Assembly: GCF_001194135.2 (NCBI RefSeq)
Contig: NC_068982.1
Span: forward strand, 134,650,021 to 134,714,020
DNA from: Octopus bimaculoides
Taxonomy: Eukaryota
Length of the DNA stretch: 64,000 nucleotides
Direction of reading: 5' to 3'
Positions 48,157 through 59,650 of this stretch are shown one piece after another. The notes beneath the pieces were generated by a model. That model was not told the origin of the DNA. It worked only from the letters and a program-made list of their open reading frames with translations, and did not search any database. The position numbers and the translations under genes were made by a program. How positions within the stretch are numbered: the stretch's first letter is position 1; the number at the start of each line of letters is the position of its first letter.

Positions 48157-49592
48157 CAGTAGTGACTGCTCCACCGCTAGATGGTTTGGCTAAATTCTCA
48201 CTGTCAGTATATAGATTTACCATATGAATCTATGGCTGATGCAGCAAAATGGTTACGTGAAAATTATAAACTAACGAAGGTGGCTATACGTAATATACAA
48301 CCGAAAAAAAAAACAGGAAATATTCAATCGTCAATAATTGTGACTAAGGAAGCTTTTTACATATGGCCGCAATCCAATGACTGAGACAAATAAAGATAAA
48401 ATAACAATCTTCTAAGATTAATCCATAAGATCGTGAATGANNNNNNNNNNNNNNNNNNNNNNNNNNNNNNNNNNNNNNNNNNNNNNNNNNNNNNNNNNNN
48501 NNNNNNNNNNNNNNNNNNNNNNNNNNNNNNNNNNNNNNNNNNNNNNNNNNNNNNNNNNNNNNNNNNNNNNNNNNNNNNNNNNNNNNNNNNNNNNNNNNNN
48601 NNNNNNNNNNNNNNNNNNNNNNNNNNNNNNNNNNNNNNNNNNNNNNNNNNNNNNNNNNNNNNNNNNNNNNNNNNNNNNNNNNNNNNNNNNNNNNNNNNNN
48701 NNNNNNNNNNNNNNNNNNNNNNNNNNNNNNNNNNNNNNNNNNNNNNNNNNNNNNNNNNNNNNNNNNNNNNNNNNNNNNNNNNNNNNNNNNNNNNNNNNNN
48801 NNNNNNNNNNNNNNNNNNNNNNNNNNNNNNNNNNNNNNNNNNNNNNNNNNNNNNNNNNNNNNNNNNNNNNNNNNNNNNNNNNNNNNNNNNNNNNNNNNNN
48901 NNNNNNNNNNNNNNNNNNNNNNNNNNNNNNNNNNNNNNNNNNNNNNNNNNNNNNNNNNNNNNNNNNNNNNNNNNNNNNNNNNNNNNNNNNNNNNNNNNNN
49001 NNNNNNNNNNNNNNNNNNNNNNNNNNNNNNNNNNNNNNNNNNNNNNNNNNNNNNNNNNNNNNNNNNNNNNNNNNNNNNNNNNNNNNNNNNNNNNNNNNNN
49101 NNNNNNNNNNNNNNNNNNNNNNNNNNNNNNNNNNNNNNNNNNNNNNNNNNNNNNNNNNNNNNNNNNNNNNNNNNNNNNNNNNNNNNNNNNNNNNNNNNNN
49201 NNNNNNNNNNNNNNNNNNNNNNNNNNNNNNNNNNNNNNNNNNNNNNNNNNNNNNNNNNNNNNNNNNNNNNNNNNNNNNNNNNNNNNNNCTGTTATTCTAT
49301 TCGTATGTTCATTCACGATCTTATGGATTAATCTTAGAAGATTGTTATTTTATCTTTATTTGTCTCAGTCATTGGATTGCGGCCATATGTAAAAAGCTTC
49401 CTTAGTCACAATTATTGACGATTGAATATTTCCTGTTTTTTTTTTCGGTTTTATATTACGTATAGCCACCTTCGTTAGTTTATAATTTTCACGTAACCAT
49501 TTTGCTGCATCAGCCATAGATTCATATGGTAAATCTATATACTGACAGTGAGAATTTAGCCAAACCATCTAGCGGTGGAGCAGTCACTACTG
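48157..49592. repeat. Near-identical inverted repeat of at least 284 bp flanking an 849-N gap
   Basis: 48157-48440 versus the reverse complement of about 49309-49592 shows one mismatch seen (ATACAACCG vs ATAAAACCG). It yields twin ORFs 48181-48384(+) and 49365-49568(-). Confidence 0.9.
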
Positions 49593-49964
49593 ATGAGTTT
49601 TAATTTTAAGTGAAACTAGATTAGTATACAGATCTCGCACGTTATAGGGCGGTTGTCTCCCCTCTCAGTGTATGGAAACTGCTTCCTTGCGGCTCTAAGG
49701 GTTCTGCAACTCTTATTTCTAGCAATGTAGGTGCTACCTTGTACCGTTAGTCACAATTGGTGACAACTGAATTTTTTCTTTTTGGTTTTGTATTGCGTAT
49801 AGCCGCTTTCGTTATTATATATATATATATATATATNNNNNNNNNNNNNNNNNNNNNNNNNNNNNNNNNNNNNNNNNNNNNNNNNNNNNNNNNNNNNNNN
49901 NNNNNNNNNNNNNNNNNNNNNNNNNNNNNNNNNNNNNNNNNNNNNTATATATACATATACATAT

Positions 49965-51060
49965 TCTTTCATTCTTTTACTTGTTTCAGTCATTTGACTG
50001 TGGCAACGTTGGAGCACCGCCTCTAGTCGAACAAATCGACCCCAGGACTTATTCTTTGTAAGCATAGTATTTATTCTATCGGTGTATTTTGCCGAACTGC
50101 TAAGTTACAGGGACGTAAACACATCAACAGCGGTCGTCAAGCGATGGTGGGGGAGCAAATACAGACACAGACAGACACACACATACACACATATATATGT
50201 TTGTATGTATGTATGTGTGTATGTATGTATGTATGTATGTATGTATGTATGTATGTATGTATATANNNNNNNNNNNNNNNNNNNNNNNNNNNNNNNNNNN
50301 NNNNNNNNNNNNNNNNNNNNNNNNNNNNNNNNNNNNNNNNNNNNNNNNNNNNNNNNNNNNNNNNNNNNNNNNNNNNNNNNNNNNNNNNNNNNNNNNNNNN
50401 NNNNNNNNNNNNNNNNNNNNNNNNNNNNNNNNNNNNNNNNNNNNNNNNNNNNNNNNNNNNNNNNNNNNNNNNNNNNNNNNNNNNNNNNNNNNNNNNNNNN
50501 NNNNNNNNNNNNNNNNNNNNNNNNNNNNNNNNNNNNNNNNNNNNNNNNNNNNNNNNNNNNNNNNNNNNNNNNNNNNNNNNNNNNNNNNNNNNNNNNNNNN
50601 NNNNNNNNNNNNNNNNNNNNNNNNNNNNNNNNNNNNNNNNNNNNNNNNNNNNNNNNNNNNNNNNNNNNNNNNNNNNNNNNNNNNNNNNNNNNNNNNNNNN
50701 NNNNNNNNNNNNNNNNNNNNNNNNNNNNNNNNNNNNNNNNNNNNNNNNNNNNNNNNNNNNNNNNNNNNNNNNNNNNNNNNNNNNNNNNNNNNNNNNNNNN
50801 NNNNNNNNNNNNNNNNNNNNNNNNNNNNNNNNNNNNNNNNNNNNNNNNNNNNTATATACGACGAGCCTCTTACAATTTCCGTTTACCAAACCCACTCGCA
50901 AGGCTGTGGTCGGCCCGAGGCTATAGTAGGAGACACTTACCCAAGGTGCCACACAGTGGGACTGAACTCGGAACCATGTGGTTCGGAAGCAAGCTTTTTG
51001 CCACACAGTCACTCGTGCACCTCGACAAAACCACTCCTGCGCCTCCACACAGCCACTCCA
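49965..51060 (-). mobile_element. SINE family A with expanded internal microsatellite (contains gap)
   Basis: Tail and body at 49965-50165, (TATG)n tract plus gap, head at 50855-51060. Confidence 0.85.
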
Positions 51061-51847
51061 CATATCATACACATATATATGTATGATATTTAACATATTC
51101 ACGTGTGCTCGAACGTGAGAGGATCTTTCGCTACGGAAATAGTCTCAGGAGAAATTTCTTCGCTTAGTAAACGTGTGAAACCACTTTGGGTTATGAATAA
51201 CGTCATCAAATCGTAGGACGCATGCGTTTATGCATTGTAACGCAACATTAGCGGCGTATATAGAACTCTACGTTTACAGCCTTACCAGAACGATAGTTCT
51301 GATATCATTGTACGCGAATATAATTATTTTCAACGTTGCTTCGTGTGAATCTGTTTATTATAAACATATACAGTTAAATAAGATTCTGGTAAAAAAAAAC
51401 CTTGTAGTATGCTATGCAAAGCTCGTCCACAATTATAGGCTACCTGATGTCATCATGCAATGGAAAGGGTCTTGCTACAGGATATATATTAGGAATTCCA
51501 TAGTACCAGTAGAGTTTATATCGATAAATAAATGAAAATGGAATGAACGACATTCTTTATTAAAAAATCACTATAATTGTTTCGACATATTTTTGCACTC
51601 GTAGTACATTGGTTAGACGTTGTGTAATCATTATTATCCATCCAAAGTGCAAAAGCACCACCTCAGGTGATTATTTGAATAAGTCCTTCTTAAGATTCTA
51701 CTGTCATTTCACTCAGTGTGAGAATGCATACTTTAAGCAATGTATCATTTTCACATTAGGTATATGATAATGATTACACAACATCCCACCAACGCACTTC
51801 GAAACAATTGTAGTGATTTTCATTAAAGAATATCGTTCATTTCATTT

Positions 51848-51914
<67 letters not shown>

Positions 51915-52193
51915 GTCTGTCCGCCTGTCCATCTGCCTGTCTGTTTGCTTGCCTGCCTGTTTGTCTGTCAGTCTGTCTATCTTGTTATGTTAAGGGCCTA
52001 TAAGAATTAGAAAAAACACACGCACTGATTCAATACAACTTTTTTTTTCTATTTTATCAACAAACTATCCAATGGTTTGCTTAATGTGTCAATTGAACAA
52101 TAAATCGGCTGTTAGTTTTCCTCAGACACAACAATATATGTTTCAACATACGAATTCACATCAGGAATCCTGCAAACCAAATACAAAAACGAA

Positions 52194-52249
<56 letters not shown>

Positions 52250-53046
52250 GTATGTATGTGCATATTTATGTATGCATACATTTATATATACATATGTGCA
52301 TACATACTTGCATACGTATATACATACACACATACAATAACATAAAGATAAAAATCACACAAATTGCACGAACAAGAGTCTAAGGCAATGAGGAGAGATA
52401 AACAAACAAATGATACACAAGTGGAAACAAGTGCCTGGAAAAGCGTGGAAATATAAAGGAAAAAAAAGAAAACCCCATCAAGAATAAAACATTAATGACA
52501 GAAATGTACAACATTATACACGCACATAAATATGTATATATACCTCGTTCTATATGTCTTTCTCTGACATGTTTCCCATTCTCTCTCTCTCCCTGTGCAT
52601 GTATTTATGTATGTATGTATGTATGTATGTATGTATNNNNNNNNNNTATATATATATAATATATATATGTATGTATGTATGTGTGATTTTATGTAGACAA
52701 ATAAATCAACCAATGTGTGTTTATGTGTGTGAGTGCGTATAAAGTAAATTAATAGAGGGAGAGAGAGATAGAGAGAGAGAGAGGAGAGAGGGGGAGAGAG
52801 AGAGAGATGTCATGTGCATGCGAGTACACATGGTTAGAGGTGACAGCTACAAAACCATTAATCTAGAGAAGAAGCAGAAGGCGAAAGAGAAGTGAGCTCT
52901 GAAGTACACTCAAGTTGACAGAAAAATGGTTGAAGAGAGAACAGTGTGGACACTTACTGATATGAAACATCCTAACAGGCAGCTTCTGATTCATGCTATT
53001 AGACAAGGCTGCAACTTACAGCAACGTAGTTTTTTTTAATTTTCAG

Positions 53047-53100
53047 AAGCCTTACATTGTGAAACACGATCGAAAGCTTCGTATGCAGATGCTAGCATTT
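53047..53100 (+). other. Candidate 54-nt internal exon
   Basis: TTTTTTTTAATTTCAG|AAGCC...GCATTT|GTAAGT. The length is a multiple of 3 and two frames are open (KPYIVKHDRKLRMQMLAF in phase 0). No homology recognised. Confidence 0.25.
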
Positions 53101-53575
53101 GTAAGTAGATTCATACTTTGTGATATTCGGAACCGCTAGTTTTAATTCTGAATTTAATTACTGCCCAGATTTACTATAAATTCCATGTTTCCGAGATTAA
53201 TTAAAGTACTAAGCAAATGCTGGATTTGATATAATCAACTACACACACAAACACACTTACACGATAGGCTTCTTTCAGTTTCCGTCTTCCAAATCAGCTC
53301 ACAAGACTTTGGTCGGCCAGTGGCTGTAATAGAAAACATCTGTCCAAGCAGCCACCTAGTAAAACTGAACCTGGAACCATGTGGTTGGGAAGAAAACTTG
53401 TCATGCAGCCACGTCTGCGCCTATATGTTTATTAAACTCATACAAGTTTTACAGTGACTTGACTTCAAAGTTTCAGCTTGTTCGTCATTTAAAAGTGCTA
53501 AACCTGGAACTAGGAAGGACACTGTCAATATGAAGGACTGAAAGTAATTAGTGTCAAGAGATTTTTTTTTATTTA

Positions 53576-53878
53576 TGCGCTCTTTTAAAGCCTAGCCAGG
53601 CTCATGGGCCCGGTTTCCCGGTTTCAATGGCGTATGCGTTCCCCCCAGCTGGACGGGACGCCAGCCCATCGCAGCGTTACTCAAGAAACAGGAAGAAAGA
53701 GTGAGAGAAAGTTGGGGCGAAAGAATACAACAGGGGTCGCCATCACCCCCTGCCGGAACCTCGTGGAGCTTTTAGGCATTTTCGCTCAATAAACACACAA
53801 AACGCCCGGTCTGGGAATCGAAACCGCGATCCTCCGACAGCGAGTCCGCTGCCCTAACCACTGGGCCATTGCATCTCC
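53576..53878 (-). mobile_element. SINE family F, second copy
   Basis: Colinear with 37571-37869 over about 300 bp. Confidence 0.85.
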
Positions 53879-54582
53879 GTCAAGAGAAGATACTTATGAA
53901 AAAATATTGTGTGATATTTTGCAATAATGTTTTTGTCAAAATGAACTTTGCATATTCAGTAAAGGAAATAAATGGTTAGTTTTAAAAATCAGAAAAATGG
54001 ATATGATATCGGATAAGAAAACTAAGGCGGAGTTAGTATACAATAAATGAGAATTGAATTTTTTGTAAGTGAAATAGAAAAAAAGTCCAGGTTGTGAAGG
54101 AAGCGAAGTTCAAATAAAGTCGTTCAGTTGAGGAAGTTTGTAGTCGACGAGTGAATAAAATAGTGGGAAGAAGAGAATAATGATTTAGGAAAGTTAGAAA
54201 GAGAGAAAGTGTGAGTACGAATTCAACTACAGAAAGCTCTTATACACGCTTTCTGTAGTTGAATTTGGTTAATGTTCCCATGAAAGCGGGTTGGAATTAT
54301 GCAGTGGTTTGTGATGAAAAGAGAATTAAGTTAGAAAATAGATAGAAGCAAATGAAAATATGACATTAACAACGTTTCTAGGGAGCAAAAGGAAGATATT
54401 TTCAAAACTATTTTTTAACGGAAAATATTGGGAAAATTAAAAGAAGGTGGGAAATATTGAAATATTAAATCTTTCAATAAAGGTGAAGGAGCCTGCTGTA
54501 TGTTTAGAACCCATGAAAAGAGGTCGATAAACCTGAAATAATTGGATAATAATATAATAGAATAATACAAAACAATAATATA

Positions 54583-55152
54583 ATTCTTTCTACGTGAAGC
54601 ACAAGGCCTCAAAGTTAGGGGAAAGGGATTAAGTCGATTACATCGATCCTAGTGCGTAACTGCTACTTATTTAATCGACCCTGTAAGGATGAAAGGCGAG
54701 TTGACCTCGGCGGAATTCGAACTCAGAACGTAGCGAAAGACAAAACACCACTAAGCATTTCGCTCGGCGTGCTAACGTTTCTGCTAGCTCGCCACCTTAG
54801 AAATTCTTTTCTACTCTAAGCACAAGGCCCGAAATTTTTTGGGGAGGCGGGGCAGTCGATTAGATCAACCCCAGTACGCAACTGGTATTTAATTTATCGA
54901 CCCCGAAAGGATGAAAGGCAAAGTCGACCTCGGTGGAATTTGAACTTAGAACGTAATGGAAGACGAAATACCGCTAAGCATTTCGCCCGGCGTCCTAACG
55001 TTTCTGCTAGCTCGCCGCCTTAGAAATTCTTTTCTACTCTAAGCACAAGGCCAGAATTTTTTGCGGGAGGGGGCCAGTCGATTAGATCGACACCAGTACG
55101 CAACTGGTACTTAATTTATCGACCTCGAAAGGATGAAAGGCAAAGTCGACCT
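54583..55152 (-). mobile_element. Head-to-tail trimer of SINE family B
   Basis: Units at about 54583-54797, 54803-55020 and 55026-55152 (partial). Both junctions read CCTTAGAAATTCTTTTCTACTCTAAGCACAAGGCC. Confidence 0.9.
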
Positions 55153-55400
55153 CTAGAACCTCATTATACAATCTGTTCAATTTAAAGATGGTTTAAGATT
55201 TGGTTTAAGGGTATTTAGCTGCTATTTCTAGCGGACCGAATAGTGGCTTCGTAAAAGCTGGCTGTTTGGTTCTTATTCTTATCATCCGCGTCATTTCTTC
55301 TATGGTATTAAATATTCAGTTAATCAGTAAATATGGATAGAAATGACTTTGGGGGTTTTCTGAGTTACCTGAATTGTGTTTGCATGATTACAGAACAGAC

Positions 55401-55489
<89 letters not shown>

Positions 55490-55937
55490 GAGAAATAAAA
55501 ATTGATAGAGAGAGAGAGAGGTGTATAATGGCACTGCCTACAAGCACAAACAGCCCCATACACGTGCACAGACGTATGTTTGTGAACGTGCGTATGTAAT
55601 TACATGTTTGTGCACATGTGGTGCACGTACAAATAAATGATAGTGACATGAATGTATGTATACAAGGATGCTTGTATAGATAAACATGCATACATGTGCA
55701 TATATTTGTGTGTGTGTATATATATATATATACATATATAAAGGTGGGTGTTTGTGTGTGTGTATGTATGCATGTATATATTCATATGTATGTATATATA
55801 TATGTACACACATACACCCACATATGAAGTGATACCCAGTATGGTCGCCGTCCATTGAGTGAAAAAGTAAAAGGGCATAAGATTATATAACCTACACATG
55901 TATATCATGCATTTAAATATATGTCTTTATTATATAT

Positions 55938-56090
55938 AGTGGCTGTGTGGTAAGAAGCTTGCTTCCCAATCACATGGTTCCGGGTTCAGTCACACTGCAT
56001 AGCACGTTGGCCAAGCGTCTTCTACTATAGCCTAGGGCCGACCAAGGCCTTGTGAGTGGATTTGGTAGACAGAAACTGAAAGAAGCCTGT

Positions 56091-56111
<21 letters not shown>
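55938..56111 (+). mobile_element. SINE family A head running into (TA)n and gap
   Basis: gtggctgtgtggtaagaagcttgcttcccaatcacatggttccgggttcagtc...aaagaagcctgttgtatata. Confidence 0.85.
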
Positions 56112-56121
<10 letters not shown>

Positions 56122-56768
56122 NNNNNNNNNNNNNNNNNNNNNNNNNNNNNNNNNNNNNNNNNNNNNNNNNNNNNNNNNNNNNNNNNNNNNNNNNNNNNNN
56201 NNNNNNNNNNNNNNNNNNNNNNNNNNNNNNNNNNNNNNNNNNNNNNNNNNNNNNNNNNNNNNNNNNNNNNNNNNNNNNNNNNNNNNNNNNNNNNNNNNNN
56301 NNNNNNNNNNNNNNNNNNNNNNNNNNNNNNNNNNNNNNNNNNNNNNNNNNNNNNNNNNNNNNNNNNNNNNNNNNNNNNNNNNNNNNNNNNNNNNNNNNNN
56401 NNNNNNNNNNNNNNNNNNNNNNNNNNNNNNNNNNNNNNNNNNNNNNNNNNNNNNNNNNNNNNNNNNNNNNNNNNNNNNNNNNNNNNNNNNNNNNNNNNNN
56501 NNNNNNNNNNNNNNNNNNNNNNNNNNNNNNNNNNNNNNNNNNNNNNNNNNNNNNNNNNNNNNNNNNNNNNNNNNNNNNNNNNNNNNNNNNNNNNNNNNNN
56601 NNNNNNNNNNNNNNNNNNNNNNNNNNNNNNNNNNNNNNNNNNNNNNNNNNNNNNNNNNNNNNNNNNNNNNNNNNNNNNNNNNNNNNNNNNNNNNNNNNNN
56701 NNNNNNNNNNNNNNNNNNNNNNNNNNNNNNNNNNNNNNNNNNNNNNNNNNNNNNNNNNNNNNNNNNNN

Positions 56769-57365
56769 TGAGTTCAATTCCCGGCGACACTTTATTTCAC
56801 GTTGACCCGGTCCACTCAGCTGGCAGAAATGAGTAGTACCTGTATTTCAAAGGGCCGGCCTTGTCACACTCTGTGTAACGCTGAATCTCCATGAGAACTA
56901 CGTTAAGGGTACACGTGTCTGTGGGGTGCTCAGCCACTTGCACGTTCTTTTCACGAGCAAGCTGTTCCGTTGTCGTATCAGCTGGGACCCTCGTCGTCAT
57001 ACCCGACGGGGTGCTCCTTATAATATATGTGTGGCTCAGTTGTTAGAGCGTCGATCTTACGATCATGAGATTGCAAGTTCGATTCTCGAACCGGGCTGCG
57101 TGTTATGTTCTTGAACAAGACACTTTATTCCACGTTGCTCCAGTTCACTTAGCTGTAGAAATGAATTGCGATATCACTGGTGCCAAGCTGTATCGGCCCC
57201 TTTGCCTTTCCCTTGGAAAACATCAGTGGTGTGGAGAGGAGAGGGTGGTATGCATGTGCGACTGCTGGTCTTCTTTAAACCACCTTGCCTGGACTTGTGC
57301 CTCAGAGGGTAACTTTCTAGGTGCAATCCCATGGTCATTCATGACCGAGTGGAGGGGTCTCCTAT
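56769..57365 (+). mobile_element. Two adjacent CORE-like SINE G copies with different tails
   Basis: Both contain GACACTTTATT(T/C)CACGTTG..CC.GT.CACT.AGCTG. The first (to about 57020) ends in CCCGACGGGGTGC; the second (from about 57032) ends in CATTCATGACCGAG. Confidence 0.75.
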
Positions 57366-57399
57366 ATATGTAGGTATGTATGTGTGTGTGTGTGAGTAT

Positions 57400-57434
<35 letters not shown>

Positions 57435-57656
57435 GAGAGTCACACGTATTTGTACATTGAAATGCATCTATATACAAACATATATACCAACATATATACC
57501 AACGTATAAGTACTTATGCATATGTATGGTTATGCGTGTGCTTGTTGGTGGGGTTTATTACACAGCTTTCTCTCTCCTTCTCTCCCTCCCCCTCTTTCTC
57601 ACAACGGTTATGCTGAACTGATTATAGTTTAACATCTATGGCTATATATATACATA

Positions 57657-57687
<31 letters not shown>

Positions 57688-58067
57688 ATACATATCATAC
57701 GAACATAAGAGACAGTCATGGATTTTCAACTGTCCTCAAGCATAACTGTAGAAAATATAGATAGATAGATAGAAAGGAGAGAGAAAGAAAGGGGAATAAA
57801 GAAATAGAAAAATGAGAGAGAGAGGGGGAGTGAGGAAGAGAAAAAGAAAGCGAGAAATTGGGAAAACGAGAGACAATGCGATAAAAGATTTATTAACTTT
57901 ATTTAAAGCATAACATTTTGTGAATAAGGTGGTGGATGTTGTGTTAAATATTAATGAATGCTGTTGCATTAGCGTTGCCATGGATCACCGCTAGCGATTT
58001 CCGCTGCAATCCAATGCGTAAAATAGCAAGGAAATGAGCTTACCTCGACGGCAATATGGAAGCTAGC

Positions 58068-58126
58068 TTTGAACTTATTTGAACTTACTACACATTAAAC
58101 CGCATCAGTATGGGCAGGGTAATATA

Positions 58127-58159
<33 letters not shown>

Positions 58160-58198
58160 TCATATACACACACACATATATATGGGATGGGTGGGGTG

Positions 58199-58252
<54 letters not shown>

Positions 58253-58307
58253 CCACACCCATCCCGCACACAGACATACATGCACACACACACAAACACA
58301 CAGAGAC

Positions 58308-58344
<37 letters not shown>

Positions 58345-58425
58345 TGTGTGTGCGCGCGTGCGTGTGTGTTTGAACTTATTTGAACTTGCTGCATATATTA
58401 AAACCAGAGCAGTATGGGCAGGATA

Positions 58426-58430
<5 letters not shown>
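58068..58430. repeat. About 60-bp direct repeats enclosing a (TA)n-centred hairpin
   Basis: TTTGAACTTATTTGAACTT...CAGTATGGGCAGG.TAATATA at 58068-58126 and 58369-58430. GGGATGGGTGGGGTGTA (58184-58200) is inverted against TACCACACCCATCCC (58251-58265). Confidence 0.75.
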
Positions 58431-58472
<42 letters not shown>

Positions 58473-58639
58473 TGTGTGCATGCAAACGAAACGGAAGTGC
58501 ATAGTTTAAAGATCAAAGCAAAAAAATAAACAAAAACAAAAAGGAAACCAGACAAAGGCACTCATTATTTTAGAATAAAACAAGAAATGATTAAATACCA
58601 TAAGTTAATAGGTTAACTAATCGTAACATTATTATTCAC

Positions 58640-58794
58640 CCGTTGCTACGTTCTGAGTTCAAATTGCTTCGAGGTCGAGTTTGCCTTTCATCATTTTGGG
58701 GTCGATAAACAAAGTACCGGTTATGAACTGGAGTCGATATAATCGACTAGTCCCCTCCCACCAAATTTCAGGCCTTGTGCCTTTTGTAGAAAGG

Positions 58795-58853
<59 letters not shown>
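58640..58853 (+). mobile_element. 5'-truncated SINE family B followed by an (ATT)n tract
   Basis: gctacgttctgagttcaaattg...ggccttgtgccttttgtagaaaggattattatt. Confidence 0.85.
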
Positions 58854-59650
58854 CATCTTTTTTCAGTTCTGCTTCCATTTCTTGCTGAGTGTTTTCCTAT
58901 CACCTAGGGCAGAGAAACGCACTGTATACATTGGTAGGCCATTAAATAAACACACCAGATTGTCCATTTACAAAGTCATGTGACAGACAAAAAGAGGAAG
59001 AAAGAAAGAGAGAAAAAAGAAATAAATAAGAAATGAAAAAGTAATCAAAGAAAATAAAATGGAAAAGAGAAAGAAAATTCACAGCGACAATGCTATTCTC
59101 AGTGTGTCTGACGTACTAGTCAAGGCATTTTTTTGCATTTCCTGCATGGATGGTAAGCCAGGAATCATTTAAAAATAATTTTCAGTTCCTTTTTTGATCA
59201 TTCCAAGTGCTCCTACAATCACTGGTATTGTAACCGTGTTGAGATGCCAGATCTTTTCGATTTTTATGAGCAAGTCTTTATATTTTCTGAGCTTATCAAA
59301 TTCTTTTGCCGAGATATTATGCTCACAGGGTATGCTCATGTCAATCAATAAACAAACTTTATTGTTTTCGTTTTCGTTTGTTTGCTTTGATGGTCCGGTC
59401 TGTACATACTGGGAAGTTCCAAAGAATATTTACATTTTCTACCTCAGTTACAGCCTCAGGGAGGTGCTTCTACCATTTGTTTGCAGTTTTGATTTTATAA
59501 TGCCGACACATTATCTAGTGTAGAAAATGGTCCACTCTGTCATATCTTGATTTCTACTCTACATGTACTAAAACCTAACATCCAGATATAGGGTTGTCGA
59601 CTGTTGCTATCCCATCGTTGCAGTATCGGCACTGACAGATAATTGAGAAT
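58854..59650 (-). mobile_element. R4/Dong-like (RLE) LINE 3' end
   Basis: Minus strand reads CRYCNDGIATVDNPISGC (degenerate CCHC), RYDRV, ILWNFPVCTDRTIKAN, DKLRKYKDLLIKIEKIWHLNTVTIPVIVGALGMIKKG and EMQKNALTSTSDTLRIALSL*. It is followed by a UTR and (TAA)n. Confidence 0.8.

Noticed and set aside
48181-49568. Twin 67-aa ORFs that look like a convergent gene pair
   Set aside because: They are a by-product of the inverted repeat, with no recognisable protein.
54583-55152. Regularly spaced repeats as a CRISPR array
   Set aside because: The units are about 220-bp SINEs with no unique spacers, there are no cas genes, and the context is eukaryotic.
5070-56836. Long ORFs of 120-334 aa containing X runs
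   Set aside because: They are artefacts of translating through N gaps.
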